A stretch of DNA of 64,000 nucleotides from Dehalococcoidia bacterium. Its GTDB lineage: Bacteria; Chloroflexota; Dehalococcoidia; Lucifugimonadales; Australimonadaceae. The stretch spans positions 234,441-298,440 of the forward strand of contig CBDCQO010000012.1 in NCBI GenBank assembly GCA_965220655.1, read 5' to 3'. Position 1 is the stretch's first letter. Each line of letters starts with the position of its first letter. Below the pieces are notes generated by a model. That model was given only the letters and a program-made list of their open reading frames with translations, was not told the origin of the DNA and did no database searches. The position numbers were made by a program, and so were the translations under genes. Shown here piece after piece: positions 44,885 to 55,339 of this stretch.

Positions 44885-45610
44885 CTACCGCACCAGCAGC
44901 GAGATGGCCGCGGCGACGATGACGATCTCGACGATGTAGACGAATGCCTTGTCGGAGACGCGGTTGGTGATGGCGCCGCCGACGTACGCGCCCGCGACCA
45001 TGACGAGGCCAAGCGAGAGGGCGAGGAGCAGGGCGCTCGTGTCGACCAGGGCGAACGAGCCGTAGATGCCTATCTTGACGACGTTGATGATGGTCATGCC
45101 TGAGGCCATGGTGCCGACGAACGCGCCGCGCCGGAGGCCGTAGGCGAGGAAGAACGATGCGCCGAACGGCCCCGCGCCGCCGAAGAGCGAGGAGAGGAAA
45201 CCCTGTCCCGCGCCAACGCCGACGAACGCCCGGGGGCTCATCCCCGCTCCTCTGGACGCCAGCGGGGTGTGCCGGAACACGACGATGAGCAGCAGGAAGA
45301 CGGCGAACGCCTTCTGCAGGATGTCTGCGGGGAGGTTGGCGAACGCCGTCGCGCCGACGATGGAGGTCGGAAGGGCGCCGATGAAGAACCACTTGACCAC
45401 GCTGCGGTCGATGAGGTGGCGGTTCACCCATATGCGCGACCAGGTCTGCATCATGACGGCGATGGTGGCGATGGGGACGGCCTCGCGGATGCCGACGGCG
45501 AACGTGAGCACGGGGATCATGATGATGGCGGAGCCGAGTCCCGCGAGCCCGCCGATGACCGCGGAGAAGAACGCGACGACGCCGAGCCCTACGAGGACGA
45601 CCGGGTCCAT
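44885..45610 (-). CDS. TauE/SafE-family anion exporter
   Basis: ATG at 45610..45608. 241 aa, ~8 hydrophobic segments, with the GGLAGLGSAIIMIPVL and GGAGPFGASFF repeats typical of the family. The upstream part of track ORF 44885..46120 is rejected. Confidence 0.82.
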   Translation of the reverse strand: MDPVVLVGLGVVAFFSAVIGGLAGLGSAIIMIPVLTFAVGIREAVPIATIAVMMQTWSRIWVNRHLIDRSVVKWFFIGALPTSIVGATAFANLPADILQKAFAVFLLLIVVFRHTPLASRGAGMSPRAFVGVGAGQGFLSSLFGGAGPFGASFFLAYGLRRGAFVGTMASGMTIINVVKIGIYGSFALVDTSALLLALSLGLVMVAGAYVGGAITNRVSDKAFVYIVEIVIVAAAISLLVR

Positions 45611-45612
45611 CG

Positions 45613-46353
45613 CTATCCCGTCGCCAAGAGCAGGAGGCCGGAGACGACCATGAAGAACTCCACGGCGTAGATGAAGAGGCGTTCCGGCACGTGCTTGACG
45701 ATGTGGGCGCCGGCGTACGCGCCCACGGCCATTATGAGGCCGATGCCGACGGCGATGAGGAACGTCTCCATCGTGAAGAGCGAGAAACCGCCGTAGACCA
45801 CCGTCTTGACGATGCTGACGAGGAACGTGCCGACAGCGACGGTGCCGACGAAGGCGTTCTTCGTGAGGCCGTAGGCCATGAAGAAGTGCGCGCCGAATGG
45901 CCCTGCGCCGCCGAAGAGAGCGGAGAAGAAGCCCTGGCCGATGCCGACGGGCAGAAAGGCGCGGAGGGGCATCGCGCGCCCCGCAACGAGGGGTATGTGG
46001 CGGTAGACGACGAGCGCGAGCAGGAAGACGCCGAGCCCTCGCGCAAGCCAGTCGGTGGGGATGTTCGCGAAGACGACGCCCCCGAGCGCGGCGGCGGGCA
46101 CCGCGCCGAGGCTGTACCAACGGGCGACGCGCCAGTCCACGTAGTCGCGGTTCGCGACGGAGCGCGAGAGCGTGTTGAGCAGCATCGCTACGGTGACGAT
46201 GGGGACGGCGAGGCGGATGCCGAACGCGAAGATGAGGATGGGGATGGCGATGATGCCGGTGCTCATGCCGGTGACGCCGCCGATGAGCGCGGCTATCAGC
46301 GATGTCGCGACGACCGCCGCGGCGACCGGCGCGCTGATATCCACATCCAGCAT
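45613..46353 (-). CDS. TauE/SafE-family anion exporter (tandem paralogue)
   Basis: Track ORF of 246 aa. GGVTGMSTGIIAIPIL and GGAGPFGAHFF. It stops 2 nt before the downstream paralogue's ATG. Confidence 0.82.
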   Translation of the reverse strand: MLDVDISAPVAAAVVATSLIAALIGGVTGMSTGIIAIPILIFAFGIRLAVPIVTVAMLLNTLSRSVANRDYVDWRVARWYSLGAVPAAALGGVVFANIPTDWLARGLGVFLLALVVYRHIPLVAGRAMPLRAFLPVGIGQGFFSALFGGAGPFGAHFFMAYGLTKNAFVGTVAVGTFLVSIVKTVVYGGFSLFTMETFLIAVGIGLIMAVGAYAGAHIVKHVPERLFIYAVEFFMVVSGLLLLATG

Positions 46354-46362
46354 CCGCGCGGC

Positions 46363-47463
46363 CTACAGCCGCTCGAGGATCATGTCGGTCATGTGCTGGG
46401 TGGTGGAGAACTCCGCGCCGGGAGGGGCGAGGTCAGCCGTGCGGTGGCCGTCGTTCAGGGCGCTCTCGACCGCGGCGTTGACGGCGGCGGCTTCCTCGGC
46501 GAGCCCGAACGAGTACTGCAGCATGAAGGCGGCGCTGAGGATGGAGCCAACGGGATTGGCCTTGCCCTGGCCCGCGATGTCAGGCGCGCTGCCGTGGCTG
46601 GGCTCGTAGAGGCCCTTCACCTTTCGCGTCCTGCCTTTCGCGTCCTTGCCGGGGAGTCCGGCGAGGCTGGCGGACGGCAGCATGCCGAGCGAGGCTGAGA
46701 GGACGGCGGCCTCGTCCGAGATGATGTCGCCGAACATGTTCTCCATGACCATGACGTCGAAGCTCGTGGGGCGGGTGATGAGGACCATCGCGCAGGAGTC
46801 GACCAGCTGGTGCTCCAGCTCGACGTCCGGGTAGTCCTTCGAGACCTCGATGGCTATCTCGCGCCAGAGGCGGGATGACTGGAGGACGTTCGCCTTGTCG
46901 ACCGAGGTGAGCTTCTTGCGGCGGGAGCGTGCGAGCTCGAAGCCGACGCGCAGGATGCGCTCGATCTCCTTCTCGGTGTAGAGGAGCGTGTCGACGCCCT
47001 TGCGCCCGGCCTTCGTCTCCCAGCGCTTCTTGGGCGGGGCATAATAGAGGCCCCCGGTGAGCTCGCGCAGGATGACCATGTCCGCGCCGCGCACGCGGTC
47101 GTCCTTGAGCGGGCTCGCGCCCTCCATGCCAGGGAAGACCTTCACGGGGCGGATGTTGGCGTAGAGGCCGAGCGCCTTGCGGAGGCCGAGGATGGCGGCC
47201 TCCGGGCGGACCGGTTCGTTGTCCCACTTGGGACCGCCGACCGCGCCGAAGAGGACGGCATTCGAGCGTCTGGCGGCCCGAACGGTCTCGTCGCGCAGGG
47301 GCGTGCCGTAGGCGTCGATCGCGCCCCCGCCCACCGTGTCGGTCTGGTAGCGGAAGTTGTGCTTCCATCGCGCCGCGACGGCGTCCAGCACCTGCTGCGA
47401 CGCTCCGGTGACCTCCGGGCCGATGCCGTCGCCCGGCAGAACCATGATGTCGAAAGTGGCCAT
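46363..47463 (-). CDS. leuB: 3-isopropylmalate dehydrogenase
   Basis: Track ORF of 366 aa. ILREL.GG.YY-type motif (MVILRELTGGLYY), NMFGDIISDEAA, GSAPDIAGQGKANP. Confidence 0.95.
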   Translation of the reverse strand: MATFDIMVLPGDGIGPEVTGASQQVLDAVAARWKHNFRYQTDTVGGGAIDAYGTPLRDETVRAARRSNAVLFGAVGGPKWDNEPVRPEAAILGLRKALGLYANIRPVKVFPGMEGASPLKDDRVRGADMVILRELTGGLYYAPPKKRWETKAGRKGVDTLLYTEKEIERILRVGFELARSRRKKLTSVDKANVLQSSRLWREIAIEVSKDYPDVELEHQLVDSCAMVLITRPTSFDVMVMENMFGDIISDEAAVLSASLGMLPSASLAGLPGKDAKGRTRKVKGLYEPSHGSAPDIAGQGKANPVGSILSAAFMLQYSFGLAEEAAAVNAAVESALNDGHRTADLAPPGAEFSTTQHMTDMILERL

Positions 47464-47511
47464 GTGCGTACCTCAGGGGTGCCGGCGTATCCGCGGCGGA
47501 ATGGGGACGGG

Positions 47512-48099
47512 TCAGGAGTGGGTGCTCTCGAAGGCGTCTATCGCAGCCTCGTTCTGGAGCGTCAGGCCGATGTCGTCCAGCCCCTGCACGAGGTTCTCCT
47601 TGCGGAAGGGGTCGATGTCGAACGACGCGGCCAGACCGTGGCCGTCGGTGACCTGCTGCGCCTCCAGGTCGACGGTCAGTTCGTAGCCCTGGATCTCCTG
47701 GGCGCGGGCGATGATGGTGTCGACCTCGGCGGCGTCGAGCATGACGGGGAGCAGGCCGTTCTGGTAGCAGTTGTTCCGGAAGATGTCGCCGAAACTCGGC
47801 GCGATGACGACGCGGAAGCCGTACTGCTGTATCGCCCACGGCGCGTGCTCACGCGAGGAGCCGATGCCGAACTGCGGCCCGCTCACGAGGACGGTGCCGC
47901 CGGCGTACTGCGGCTGGTTCAGGATGAAGCCGGGCTTGGGGGAGCCGTCCTCCTCGTAGCGCAGCTCGTAGAAGAGCAGTTCGCCGAATCCGACGCGGTC
48001 GATCTTCTTGAGGAAGCGCGCCGGGATGATCTGGTCGGTGTCGACGTTCGGCATGTCGTAGGGAACGACCTTGCCGGTGTGTTTCGTGAAAGCGTCCAT
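47512..48099 (-). CDS. leuD: 3-isopropylmalate dehydratase small subunit
   Basis: Track ORF of 195 aa. NVDTDQIIPARFL, GPQFGIGSSREHAPWA. Confidence 0.93.
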   Translation of the reverse strand: MDAFTKHTGKVVPYDMPNVDTDQIIPARFLKKIDRVGFGELLFYELRYEEDGSPKPGFILNQPQYAGGTVLVSGPQFGIGSSREHAPWAIQQYGFRVVIAPSFGDIFRNNCYQNGLLPVMLDAAEVDTIIARAQEIQGYELTVDLEAQQVTDGHGLAASFDIDPFRKENLVQGLDDIGLTLQNEAAIDAFESTHS

Positions 48100-48135
48100 C
48101 CGTCTACTCCTGGGCCGGAACCGCGTCCGGTCTCG

Positions 48136-49539
48136 TTAGTTCAGTTCCCGCACGTCCACGAAGTGCCCAGCGATAGCGGCTGCGGCTGCCATCGGCGGGC
48201 TGACGAGGTGCGTGCGCCCGCCCGGGCCCTGCCGCCCCTCGAAGTTGCGGTTGGAGGTCGAGGCGCTGCGCTCGCCGGGGGCGAGCCGGTCGGGGTTCAT
48301 GGCGAGGCACATGGAGCATCCAGCGTCACGCCACTCGAACCCGGCTTCGGTGAAGACCTGATCGAGTCCCTCCTCCTCCGCCTGCTGCTTCACAGCCCAT
48401 GAGCCGGGGACGACGAGCGCCCGGACCCTGTCAGCCTTCTGCTTACCCTTCGCGACCGCGGCGGCGGCGCGGAGGTCCTCGATGCGGGAGTTGGTGCAGG
48501 AGCCGATGAAGACCGTGTCAACTGCGATGTCCTGGATGCGCTCGCCGCCGTTCAGGCCCATGTACGCGAGCGCCTTCTCCACGGCGCCCTGCTCCTGCGA
48601 CGACTCGAACTCGTCCGGCTTCGGGACGCGCCCTCCAACGGGAAGCACCTGCGCGGGGTTCGTGCCCCACGTTACCTGGGGTTGGATGTCGGCGGCGTTC
48701 AGCGTGACGACGGTGTCGAACGTCGCGCCGGGGTCGGTGCGGAGGGCCGTCCAGTGCTCGACGGCCGCGTCCCAGTCCTCGCCCTTCGGGGCGTACTCGC
48801 GCCCCTTCAGGTAGGCGAACGTCGTCTCGTCGGGCGCGACCATGCCGGTGCGCGCGCCCGCCTCGATGGACATGTTGCAGACCGTCATGCGGCCTTCCAT
48901 GGACATCTCGCGGAAGACGGAGCCGGTGTACTCGATGGCGTGGCCGATGCCGCCGGACGTACCGATCTTGCCGATGATGGCGAGTATGACGTCCTTGGGC
49001 GTCACGCCGAAGCCGAGCGTGCCGTCCACGCGGACCTCCATCGTCTTCGGCTTCGCCTGCCAGATGCACTGCGTCGCCAGGACGTGCTCGACCTCCGACG
49101 TGCCGATGCCGAACGCCATCGCGCCGACCGCGCCGTGCGTCGCGGTGTGGCTGTCGCCGCAGACGATGATCATGCCGGGCTGCGTGCGCCCCTGCTCCGG
49201 CCCGATGACGTGGACGATGCCCTGCTTCTCGCTGAACATGTCGTGGTACTCGAGGCCGAACTCATCCGCGTTGCGCTGCATGGCTTCGAGTTGCGCCTTC
49301 GAGACCTCGTCCGTGAGGGGCTTGTCGCGGTCGTTGGTGGGGACGTTGTGGTCGGCGACGGCGACGGTCTTGTCGAGCCTGCGGATGCGGCGGTTGTTGA
49401 GGCGCAGGCCGTCGAACGCCTGGGGCGACGTGACCTCGTGGACGAGGTGCAGGTCGACGTAGAGCAGGGAGGGCTTGCCCTCCTCCTCCTGCACGACGTG
49501 CGCGTCCCATATCTTCTCGAACATCGTCTTGGGGGCCAT
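48136..49539 (-). CDS. leuC: 3-isopropylmalate dehydratase large subunit
   Basis: Track ORF of 467 aa. Aconitase-family motifs [31 protein letters not shown]. Confidence 0.95.
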   Translation of the reverse strand: MAPKTMFEKIWDAHVVQEEEGKPSLLYVDLHLVHEVTSPQAFDGLRLNNRRIRRLDKTVAVADHNVPTNDRDKPLTDEVSKAQLEAMQRNADEFGLEYHDMFSEKQGIVHVIGPEQGRTQPGMIIVCGDSHTATHGAVGAMAFGIGTSEVEHVLATQCIWQAKPKTMEVRVDGTLGFGVTPKDVILAIIGKIGTSGGIGHAIEYTGSVFREMSMEGRMTVCNMSIEAGARTGMVAPDETTFAYLKGREYAPKGEDWDAAVEHWTALRTDPGATFDTVVTLNAADIQPQVTWGTNPAQVLPVGGRVPKPDEFESSQEQGAVEKALAYMGLNGGERIQDIAVDTVFIGSCTNSRIEDLRAAAAVAKGKQKADRVRALVVPGSWAVKQQAEEEGLDQVFTEAGFEWRDAGCSMCLAMNPDRLAPGERSASTSNRNFEGRQGPGGRTHLVSPPMAAAAAIAGHFVDVRELN

Positions 49540-49557
49540 CTGATCCTCCGCTTCTCT

Positions 49558-49704
49558 TCAGACGGCGAAATCGTCCAGGACCAGGCAGGGGAGGTTGCAG
49601 TTCCTGGCGAATGCGCGGTCGTTGCCGGTGATGACGTCGCAGCGGTCAGCCGCGGCGGTCGCTGCGATGATAGCACTCGACGCCTTCAAGTTGGTGGAGG
49701 AGCC
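49558..49704 (-). pseudogene. C-terminal PIN-domain (VapC-like) fragment, in frame directly after the TAA of 49705..50229
   Basis: My own translation gives GSSTNLKASSAIIAATAAADRCDVITGNDRAFARNCNLPCLVLDDFAV*. It resembles the D.lIAAtA...lvT.D..F end of PIN toxins, with Ser at the Asp position. No start codon of its own. Confidence 0.55.
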
Positions 49705-50229
49705 TTACGAGGCGGCCTTGAGCGAAGCCGCGATCTCGCCGTCCAGGCGGTAGCGCTCCGGCTCCTCGTCCTGCGCCGGGATGCGCCGCACCCAGCGGCT
49801 GGCAGTGAGCCTCTCCAGCGTTTGGGTCAGGTCGGTCGGGTGGCCGTTCTCGGGGATGAGCCACGCCAGGTCCGGGAAGGTGGCCACGTAGTACGGGCAG
49901 TCCATAAGCGTGTCGGCGACTGCCCGCACGCCGCTGTCCGTGGCGTACAGGTCTTCGAACCGCTTGCGCCACTCGCGCGGGTCAGTTTCGCCGGGGAGTC
50001 CGGACGCAGGCTCTGTCCTACTCTGGCGCCGGAGAAGGCTCTCTTCGGTGTCAGCTTCCGGCCTGCCACGCCGGAGATACTGCATCCAGTCCTCCGGCTC
50101 CTTCATCAGCACGATGTCTCCGTCCACGACGGCTGCCGCCAATCTGTCCCCATGGTTGATGCCCACCTCCCGAAGGATGGCGACGGGTATGGTGACCTGG
50201 TTCTTGCTGCTGACGGTTATCGTGCGCAT
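49705..50229 (-). CDS. AbrB/SpoVT-type (VapB-like) antitoxin domain fused to a degenerate PIN-like N-terminal half
   Basis: Track ORF of 174 aa. KNQVTIPVAILREVGINHGDRL is a swapped-hairpin AbrB motif. Residues ~90-174 (LYATDSGV...RIPAQDEEPERYRLDGEIAASL) align by eye with the first two-thirds of a PIN domain. Confidence 0.65.
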   Translation of the reverse strand: MRTITVSSKNQVTIPVAILREVGINHGDRLAAAVVDGDIVLMKEPEDWMQYLRRGRPEADTEESLLRRQSRTEPASGLPGETDPREWRKRFEDLYATDSGVRAVADTLMDCPYYVATFPDLAWLIPENGHPTDLTQTLERLTASRWVRRIPAQDEEPERYRLDGEIAASLKAAS

Positions 50230-50244
50230 GGCGAACCTCGGATA

Positions 50245-50285
50245 CTTGGTATTTCTTACTTACCAGATAAGTAAAGTATACCAAG
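50245..50285. promoter_or_regulatory. AT-rich 41-bp imperfect palindrome (candidate antitoxin operator) overlapping a TTGACC promoter
   Basis: cttggtat-ttc-ttactta-ccaga-taagtaa-agt-ataccaag. G+C is 21/60 at 50241..50300. On the minus strand: TTGACC (50297..50292) - 16 nt - TTTACT (50275..50270). Confidence 0.55.
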
Positions 50286-50302
50286 CAAACTGGTCAACTC
50301 CT

Positions 50303-50339
50303 CATACAAAGAGGCAGAGGAGATAGCCCCTCTGCCTCT
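50303..50339 (-). terminator. Intrinsic terminator-like hairpin downstream of leuA
   Basis: Minus strand: AGAGGCAGAGG-GGCTATCT-CCTCTGCCTCT (perfect 11-bp stem) followed by TTTGTAT. It lies 30 nt after the leuA stop. Confidence 0.6.
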
Positions 50340-50368
50340 TCGCCATGCTCCCGGTGAGGCTGCTACCG

Positions 50369-51919
50369 TTAGACGGCGCCTGCCGCCTCCGGTGAGCGGG
50401 TGGTGTCGCCCATCGCGAGCAGGCGGTTGAGCGCGTTCATGTAGGCCTGGGCGCACGCGACGATGATGTCCGTATCCGCGCCGCGTCCGATGTACGGCTT
50501 GCCGTCCTGTTCGATGCGGATGCTCACCTCGCCGATGGCGTCGATGCCCTCCGTGACCGAGTTGACGCTGAACTCCGTCAGCTCGTTCGGCACGCCGACG
50601 ATGCGGTTGATGGCCTGGTAGACGGCGTCCACCGGCCCGGTGCCTGTCGCCGCATCAGTGCGGACCGTCCCGTCTTCGAGGGACAGTTGGACGGTTGCGG
50701 TCGGAATCTCGCCGGTGCCGCAGGTCACCTGCACGTGCTCCAGCGAGTACGTCTCCTCGATGGCCGTGCGCTCGTTGCCCATGAGCGCGATGAGGTCGCG
50801 GTCGGTCACCTCGCGCTTCTTGTCCGCGAGCTCCTTGAAGGACTCGTGCACCTTGTCGAGCTCCTCGTTGGTGAGCGCGTAGCCCAGCTCTTCGAGCCGT
50901 GAGCGCAGGCCGTGGCGTCCGCTCAGTTTGCCGAGCACGAGTTCGCTCCGGGGCACCCCCACGTCCAGCGGGTTCAGGATCTCGTAGGTGGTGCGCTCCT
51001 TCAGCACGCCGTCCTGGTGGATGCCGGAGGCGTGCCGGAACGCGTTGCGCCCGATGACGGCCTTGTTGGGCTGCACCGGGAAGCCGCTCACCTGGCTCAC
51101 GAGGCGGCTGGTGTTGTACAGCTGCTTCGTGTCGATCTCGGTGTCGACGCCGAAGTAGTCGCCGCGCGTGCGGAGCGCCATGATGACTTCCTCGACGGCG
51201 GTGTTGCCCGCGCGCTCGCCGATGCCGTTGATGCAGCCCTCAACCTGGCGGGCCCCCGCCTTCACCGCCGAGAGGCTGTTGGCGACCGACATGCCCAGGT
51301 CGTCGTGGCAGTGCACGGAGATGCGGACGCTGTCGCCCAGCTCCGGCACCTCGGCACGCAGGTAGGTGATGAGGCCGCCGAACTCCTCCGGCACCGCGTA
51401 GCCGACCGTGTCCGGGATGTTGATGGTCGTTGCGCCCGCGTCGACGGCCGCCCGCACCATGTGCGCGAGGAACTCGCGCTCCGTGCGGCTGGAGTCCATG
51501 GGGGAGAACTCCACGTCGTCGGTGTACTCGCGCGCCCGCGAGACGGCTTTCACCGCGATCTCCACCACCTCTTCCCTGTTCTTGCGCAGCTGATGCTGGA
51601 TGTGCTGGTCCGAGGAAGAGATGAAGATGTGGATGCGCGGGTGCGCCGCGTCCTTCAGCGCCTCGCCGGCTCTGTCCACCGCAGCCTCGTTCGCATGCGC
51701 GAGCGCCGCGATGATCGGCTTCCGCACCTCGCGCGCGATTGTCTGCACCGCCTCGAAGTCGCCGGGCGAACTGACGGGGAAGCCCGCCTCGATGATGTCG
51801 ACGTTCAGCCGCTCGAGCTGCCTGGCGATCTCCACCTTCTCGTCCACTGTCATCCCCGCCCCGGCGGACTGCTCTCCGTCCCGGAGCGTGGTGTCGAAGA
51901 TGAGCACTCGGTCTTCCAT
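50369..51919 (-). CDS. leuA: 2-isopropylmalate synthase
   Basis: ATG at 51919..51917 with GGAGGA 5 nt upstream (the track ORF starts at TTG 51934). IFDTTLRDGEQ, HCHDDLGM, and a C-terminal LeuA regulatory domain. Confidence 0.95.
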   Translation of the reverse strand: MEDRVLIFDTTLRDGEQSAGAGMTVDEKVEIARQLERLNVDIIEAGFPVSSPGDFEAVQTIAREVRKPIIAALAHANEAAVDRAGEALKDAAHPRIHIFISSSDQHIQHQLRKNREEVVEIAVKAVSRAREYTDDVEFSPMDSSRTEREFLAHMVRAAVDAGATTINIPDTVGYAVPEEFGGLITYLRAEVPELGDSVRISVHCHDDLGMSVANSLSAVKAGARQVEGCINGIGERAGNTAVEEVIMALRTRGDYFGVDTEIDTKQLYNTSRLVSQVSGFPVQPNKAVIGRNAFRHASGIHQDGVLKERTTYEILNPLDVGVPRSELVLGKLSGRHGLRSRLEELGYALTNEELDKVHESFKELADKKREVTDRDLIALMGNERTAIEETYSLEHVQVTCGTGEIPTATVQLSLEDGTVRTDAATGTGPVDAVYQAINRIVGVPNELTEFSVNSVTEGIDAIGEVSIRIEQDGKPYIGRGADTDIIVACAQAYMNALNRLLAMGDTTRSPEAAGAV

Positions 51920-51967
51920 GTCATTCCTCCGCAAACAGGCCGCTCACGGCCTCCGCTGTGCCGGCGG

Positions 51968-52963
51968 TTACTTCTTCCCCAGGAACGTCATCATCCCCCG
52001 GAGCTCCGCTCCGACGGTCTCGATCTCGTGACCGGCAGCCGCCTCCCGCATCGCCTTGAAGCGCGGCTGTCCTTCGTGGTTCTCGGCTATCCACTCGCGG
52101 GCGAACGAGCCGTCCTGTATCTCCTGGAGCACACGCTTCATCTCGGCGCGGGCGTGCTGGTCCACCACCCGGGAGCCGCGGCTGTAGTCGCCGTACTCCG
52201 CGGTGTCGCTCACTGAGTAGCGCATGTACTTCATGCCGCCCTCGTAGAGCAGGTCAACGATGAGCTTCAACTCGTGCATCACCTCGAAGTAGGCGATCTC
52301 CGGCTGGTACCCTGCCTCCACGAGCACCTCGAAGGCGTTCGTGATGAGGCTGGTGACGCCGCCGCAGAGCACGGTCTGCTCGCCGAAGAGGTCGGTCTCC
52401 GTCTCTTCCTTGAACGTTGTCTCCACGATGCCTGCGCGGTCCGAGCCGATGCCTGCGCCGTAGGCCAGCGCGTTCGCAAGCGCGTCGCCCGAGGCGTCCT
52501 GGTGGATCGCCACGAGCGACGGTACCCCCTGGCCATCGACGAACACCTCACGTACCCGGTGGCCGGGCGCCTTCGGAGCAATCATCGAAACGTCCACGTC
52601 GGCGGGAGGGTTTATCTCCCCGAAGTGGATGTTGAAGCCGTGCGCGAACATCAGCGTCTTGGAGTTGTCCAGGTTCGGCTCGATGGACTCCGTGTAGATA
52701 CTGCGCTGCGCGGTGTCCGGCGCCAGCACCATGATGAAGTCGCTCTCCTTCGTGGCCTCCGCCGGAGTGGCGACCCGCAGGCCCTCGGCCTCAGCCTTCG
52801 CGCGGCTGGCGCTGGTCGGCAGCAAGCCCACCGTCACGTCGACACCGTTGTCGCGCAGGTTGAGCGCGTGCGCATGCCCCTGACTGCCGTAGCCGATGAC
52901 ACCGACGCGCTTGCCGTTCAGCCGGCCGATGTCGGCATCTTCCTTGTAGTACACCTTCGCCAT
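51968..52963 (-). CDS. ilvC: Ketol-acid reductoisomerase
   Basis: Track ORF of 331 aa. [39 protein letters not shown]. Confidence 0.95.
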   Translation of the reverse strand: MAKVYYKEDADIGRLNGKRVGVIGYGSQGHAHALNLRDNGVDVTVGLLPTSASRAKAEAEGLRVATPAEATKESDFIMVLAPDTAQRSIYTESIEPNLDNSKTLMFAHGFNIHFGEINPPADVDVSMIAPKAPGHRVREVFVDGQGVPSLVAIHQDASGDALANALAYGAGIGSDRAGIVETTFKEETETDLFGEQTVLCGGVTSLITNAFEVLVEAGYQPEIAYFEVMHELKLIVDLLYEGGMKYMRYSVSDTAEYGDYSRGSRVVDQHARAEMKRVLQEIQDGSFAREWIAENHEGQPRFKAMREAAAGHEIETVGAELRGMMTFLGKK

Positions 52964-53019
52964 ATCGCAGTCTCCTCCTCGTGTTCCGGTTCGTTGTGCG
53001 TCCTTCCGTGGACGCGTTC

Positions 53020-53589
53020 TCAGGGGACGACTTCCGTATCCGGCGCGCTCCGCGCGGCGGGGACAGCCGTCTGCTTCGTACCCGCAGCCACGCCGCCACG
53101 GGTCATCGCTACCCGTCCTGTACGCATCGTCTCGCGGACGCCGAAGGGCTGAAGGAGCTTGATGAGCGCGTCTATCTTCCCCTCGTCGCCTGTCACCTCG
53201 ACGATGACCGTGTCGTTGCCCACATCCACGATGCCTGCGCGGAAGATGTCCACTATCTGCATGATCTCCGCGCGGTTGTCCTTGTTGGACTTCACCTTGA
53301 GCAGGGCCATCTCGCGCACGACGCTGCTCTCCGACGAGATGTTCGTGACCCGCACGACGTCTATGAGCTTGTAGAGCTGCTTCGTCACCTGCTCCACCAC
53401 CCAGTCCCCGCCCTCCACGACGAACGTCATGCGGGAGAGCCCCGCCGTCTCGCTGTGACCGACCGCCAGGCTGGAGATGTTGAACCCGCGCCGCGAGAAC
53501 AGTCCCGCGACGCGCGCCAGCACCCCCGGCTTGTCGTGGACCAGCGCCGTAATGGTGTGGACGTGCCCGTTCAGGCTTACGTCAGCCAT
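53020..53589 (-). CDS. ilvN: Acetolactate synthase small (regulatory) subunit
   Basis: ATG at 53589..53587 (13-nt overlap with the ilvB end). ACT domain [34 protein letters not shown]. Confidence 0.92.
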   Translation of the reverse strand: MADVSLNGHVHTITALVHDKPGVLARVAGLFSRRGFNISSLAVGHSETAGLSRMTFVVEGGDWVVEQVTKQLYKLIDVVRVTNISSESSVVREMALLKVKSNKDNRAEIMQIVDIFRAGIVDVGNDTVIVEVTGDEGKIDALIKLLQPFGVRETMRTGRVAMTRGGVAAGTKQTAVPAARSAPDTEVVP

Positions 53590-55277
53590 GGCAACACTTC
53601 CTGCCCCGCGGGCGATTCGATCATCTCGAACACGCTCTCTCCTGCGGGAACGTGCGGGTACACGTTCTCCTCCGGTTCCACGTGAAAATCGATGATGGCC
53701 GGCCCGTCCACAGCGGCAGCCTCTTCGAGGGCTGACCGCACCTGCGGCTCGTCCGTCACGTGCTTCGCCCAGATGCCATAGGCCTCGGCGATCTTTACGA
53801 AGTCCGGGTTGCCGGTGTAGCCGGACGCCACGCGCGAGCCTCCGTAGAACAGGTCCTGCAGCTGCCGCACGAGGCCGAGGTTGTTGTTGTTCAGGACGGC
53901 GAACTTCACCGGCACGTTGTGCTCCACGATGGTCGCCAGTTCGGACATCGTCATCTGGAAGCCGCCGTCTCCGGCGATGCTCCACACCTGCCGGTTGGGC
54001 TGCGCGAAAGCCGCGCCCATCGCCGCGGGTACCTCGAATCCCATCGTCCCCAGCCCGCCGGACGTTATCCAGGAGCCGGGCTCCTTGAACACGTAGTGCT
54101 GGGCAGCCCACATCTGGTGCTGCCCCACGCCCGTCACCACGATCGCGCGCCCGTCCGTGACCTCGCACAGTTCGCGCACGACCTGCTGCGGACGGAGCCC
54201 GCTGCCCTCGCCGGAACTCAGGGGATGCTCGGCACGCAGCGCGTCTACCTCCGACATCCATTCGGGACGCGAGACCTGATCCACCTGCTTGGCGAGCGCG
54301 TGCAGCACACGCTTCGCGTCGCCGACGATGGGTACCGTGACGCGCACGTTCTTGCCGACCTCGGCGGGGTCGATATCGATGTGGATGACCTTGGCGTTCG
54401 GCGCGAACGCACTCAGCCTGCCCGTGACCCGGTCGTCGAACCGCATCCCGACCCCGATGATGAGGTCTGCGCGGTCTATGGCCCAGTTGTTGTACGCCTG
54501 CCCGTGCATCCCGGGCATGCCCATGCTCAGGACGTGCTCGCCGGAGAAGCTGCCGATGCCGAGCAGCGTCGTGATGACGGGTATCTGCGCCTTCTCCGCA
54601 ATCTCCCGCACCTCTGCGAACGCGCCGGAGATGATCGCGCCGTGCCCCACCATCAGCAGGGGGCGCTGCGAGTCCGCGATGAGTTGCGCGGCACGCTTGA
54701 TCATCTGCCCGTGCCCCTCCATCGTCGGTTTGTAGGAGGGGAGGTCGACGTGCTCCGGGTAGTCGAAGTCGTCGCTCTCGGTGAGGATGTCGCGCGGCAG
54801 GTCGATGAGCACGGGGCCGGGGCGTCCCGTGCGTGCGATGTGGAACGCCTCGCTCATGATGCGCGGGATGTCCGCCGTGTCCATGACCAGGTAGTTGTGC
54901 TTGGTGATAGGCAGCGTGATGCCGGTGGTGTCGGTCTCCTGGAACGCGTCCCGTCCGATAGCGGCGCGCGGCACCTGCCCCGTGATCGCCACGACAGGCA
55001 CGGAGTCCATCATCGCGGTCGCGAGCGGCGTGACGAGGTTCGTCGCCCCGGGCCCCGAGGTCGCGACGGCGACGCCCACCTTGCCGGACGCGCGTGCATA
55101 GCCGTCCGCTGCATGGCCGGCGTTCTGTTCGTGCCGAACGAGGATGTGCCGCAGCTGCGGGTACTCGGGCAACGTCTGGTAGAGCGGCAGTATCGCGCCG
55201 CCGGGGAGGCCGAACATGATGTCCGTCCCCTCCCGCACCAAGCTCTCACAAACCATCTGCGCGCCTGTCAAACGCAA
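53577..55277 (-). CDS. ilvB: Acetolactate synthase large subunit
   Basis: Track ORF of 566 aa. TTG start at 55277 with AGGTGA 7 nt upstream. ThDP enzyme motifs [16 protein letters not shown]...N. Confidence 0.94.
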   Translation of the reverse strand: MRLTGAQMVCESLVREGTDIMFGLPGGAILPLYQTLPEYPQLRHILVRHEQNAGHAADGYARASGKVGVAVATSGPGATNLVTPLATAMMDSVPVVAITGQVPRAAIGRDAFQETDTTGITLPITKHNYLVMDTADIPRIMSEAFHIARTGRPGPVLIDLPRDILTESDDFDYPEHVDLPSYKPTMEGHGQMIKRAAQLIADSQRPLLMVGHGAIISGAFAEVREIAEKAQIPVITTLLGIGSFSGEHVLSMGMPGMHGQAYNNWAIDRADLIIGVGMRFDDRVTGRLSAFAPNAKVIHIDIDPAEVGKNVRVTVPIVGDAKRVLHALAKQVDQVSRPEWMSEVDALRAEHPLSSGEGSGLRPQQVVRELCEVTDGRAIVVTGVGQHQMWAAQHYVFKEPGSWITSGGLGTMGFEVPAAMGAAFAQPNRQVWSIAGDGGFQMTMSELATIVEHNVPVKFAVLNNNNLGLVRQLQDLFYGGSRVASGYTGNPDFVKIAEAYGIWAKHVTDEPQVRSALEEAAAVDGPAIIDFHVEPEENVYPHVPAGESVFEMIESPAGQEVLPWLT

Positions 55278-55339
55278 GGTCGACTCACCTTTCCCTCTCG
55301 TTGTCCGTCATTCCGTAACCGGAGCGCCCTTCCGAAGGT

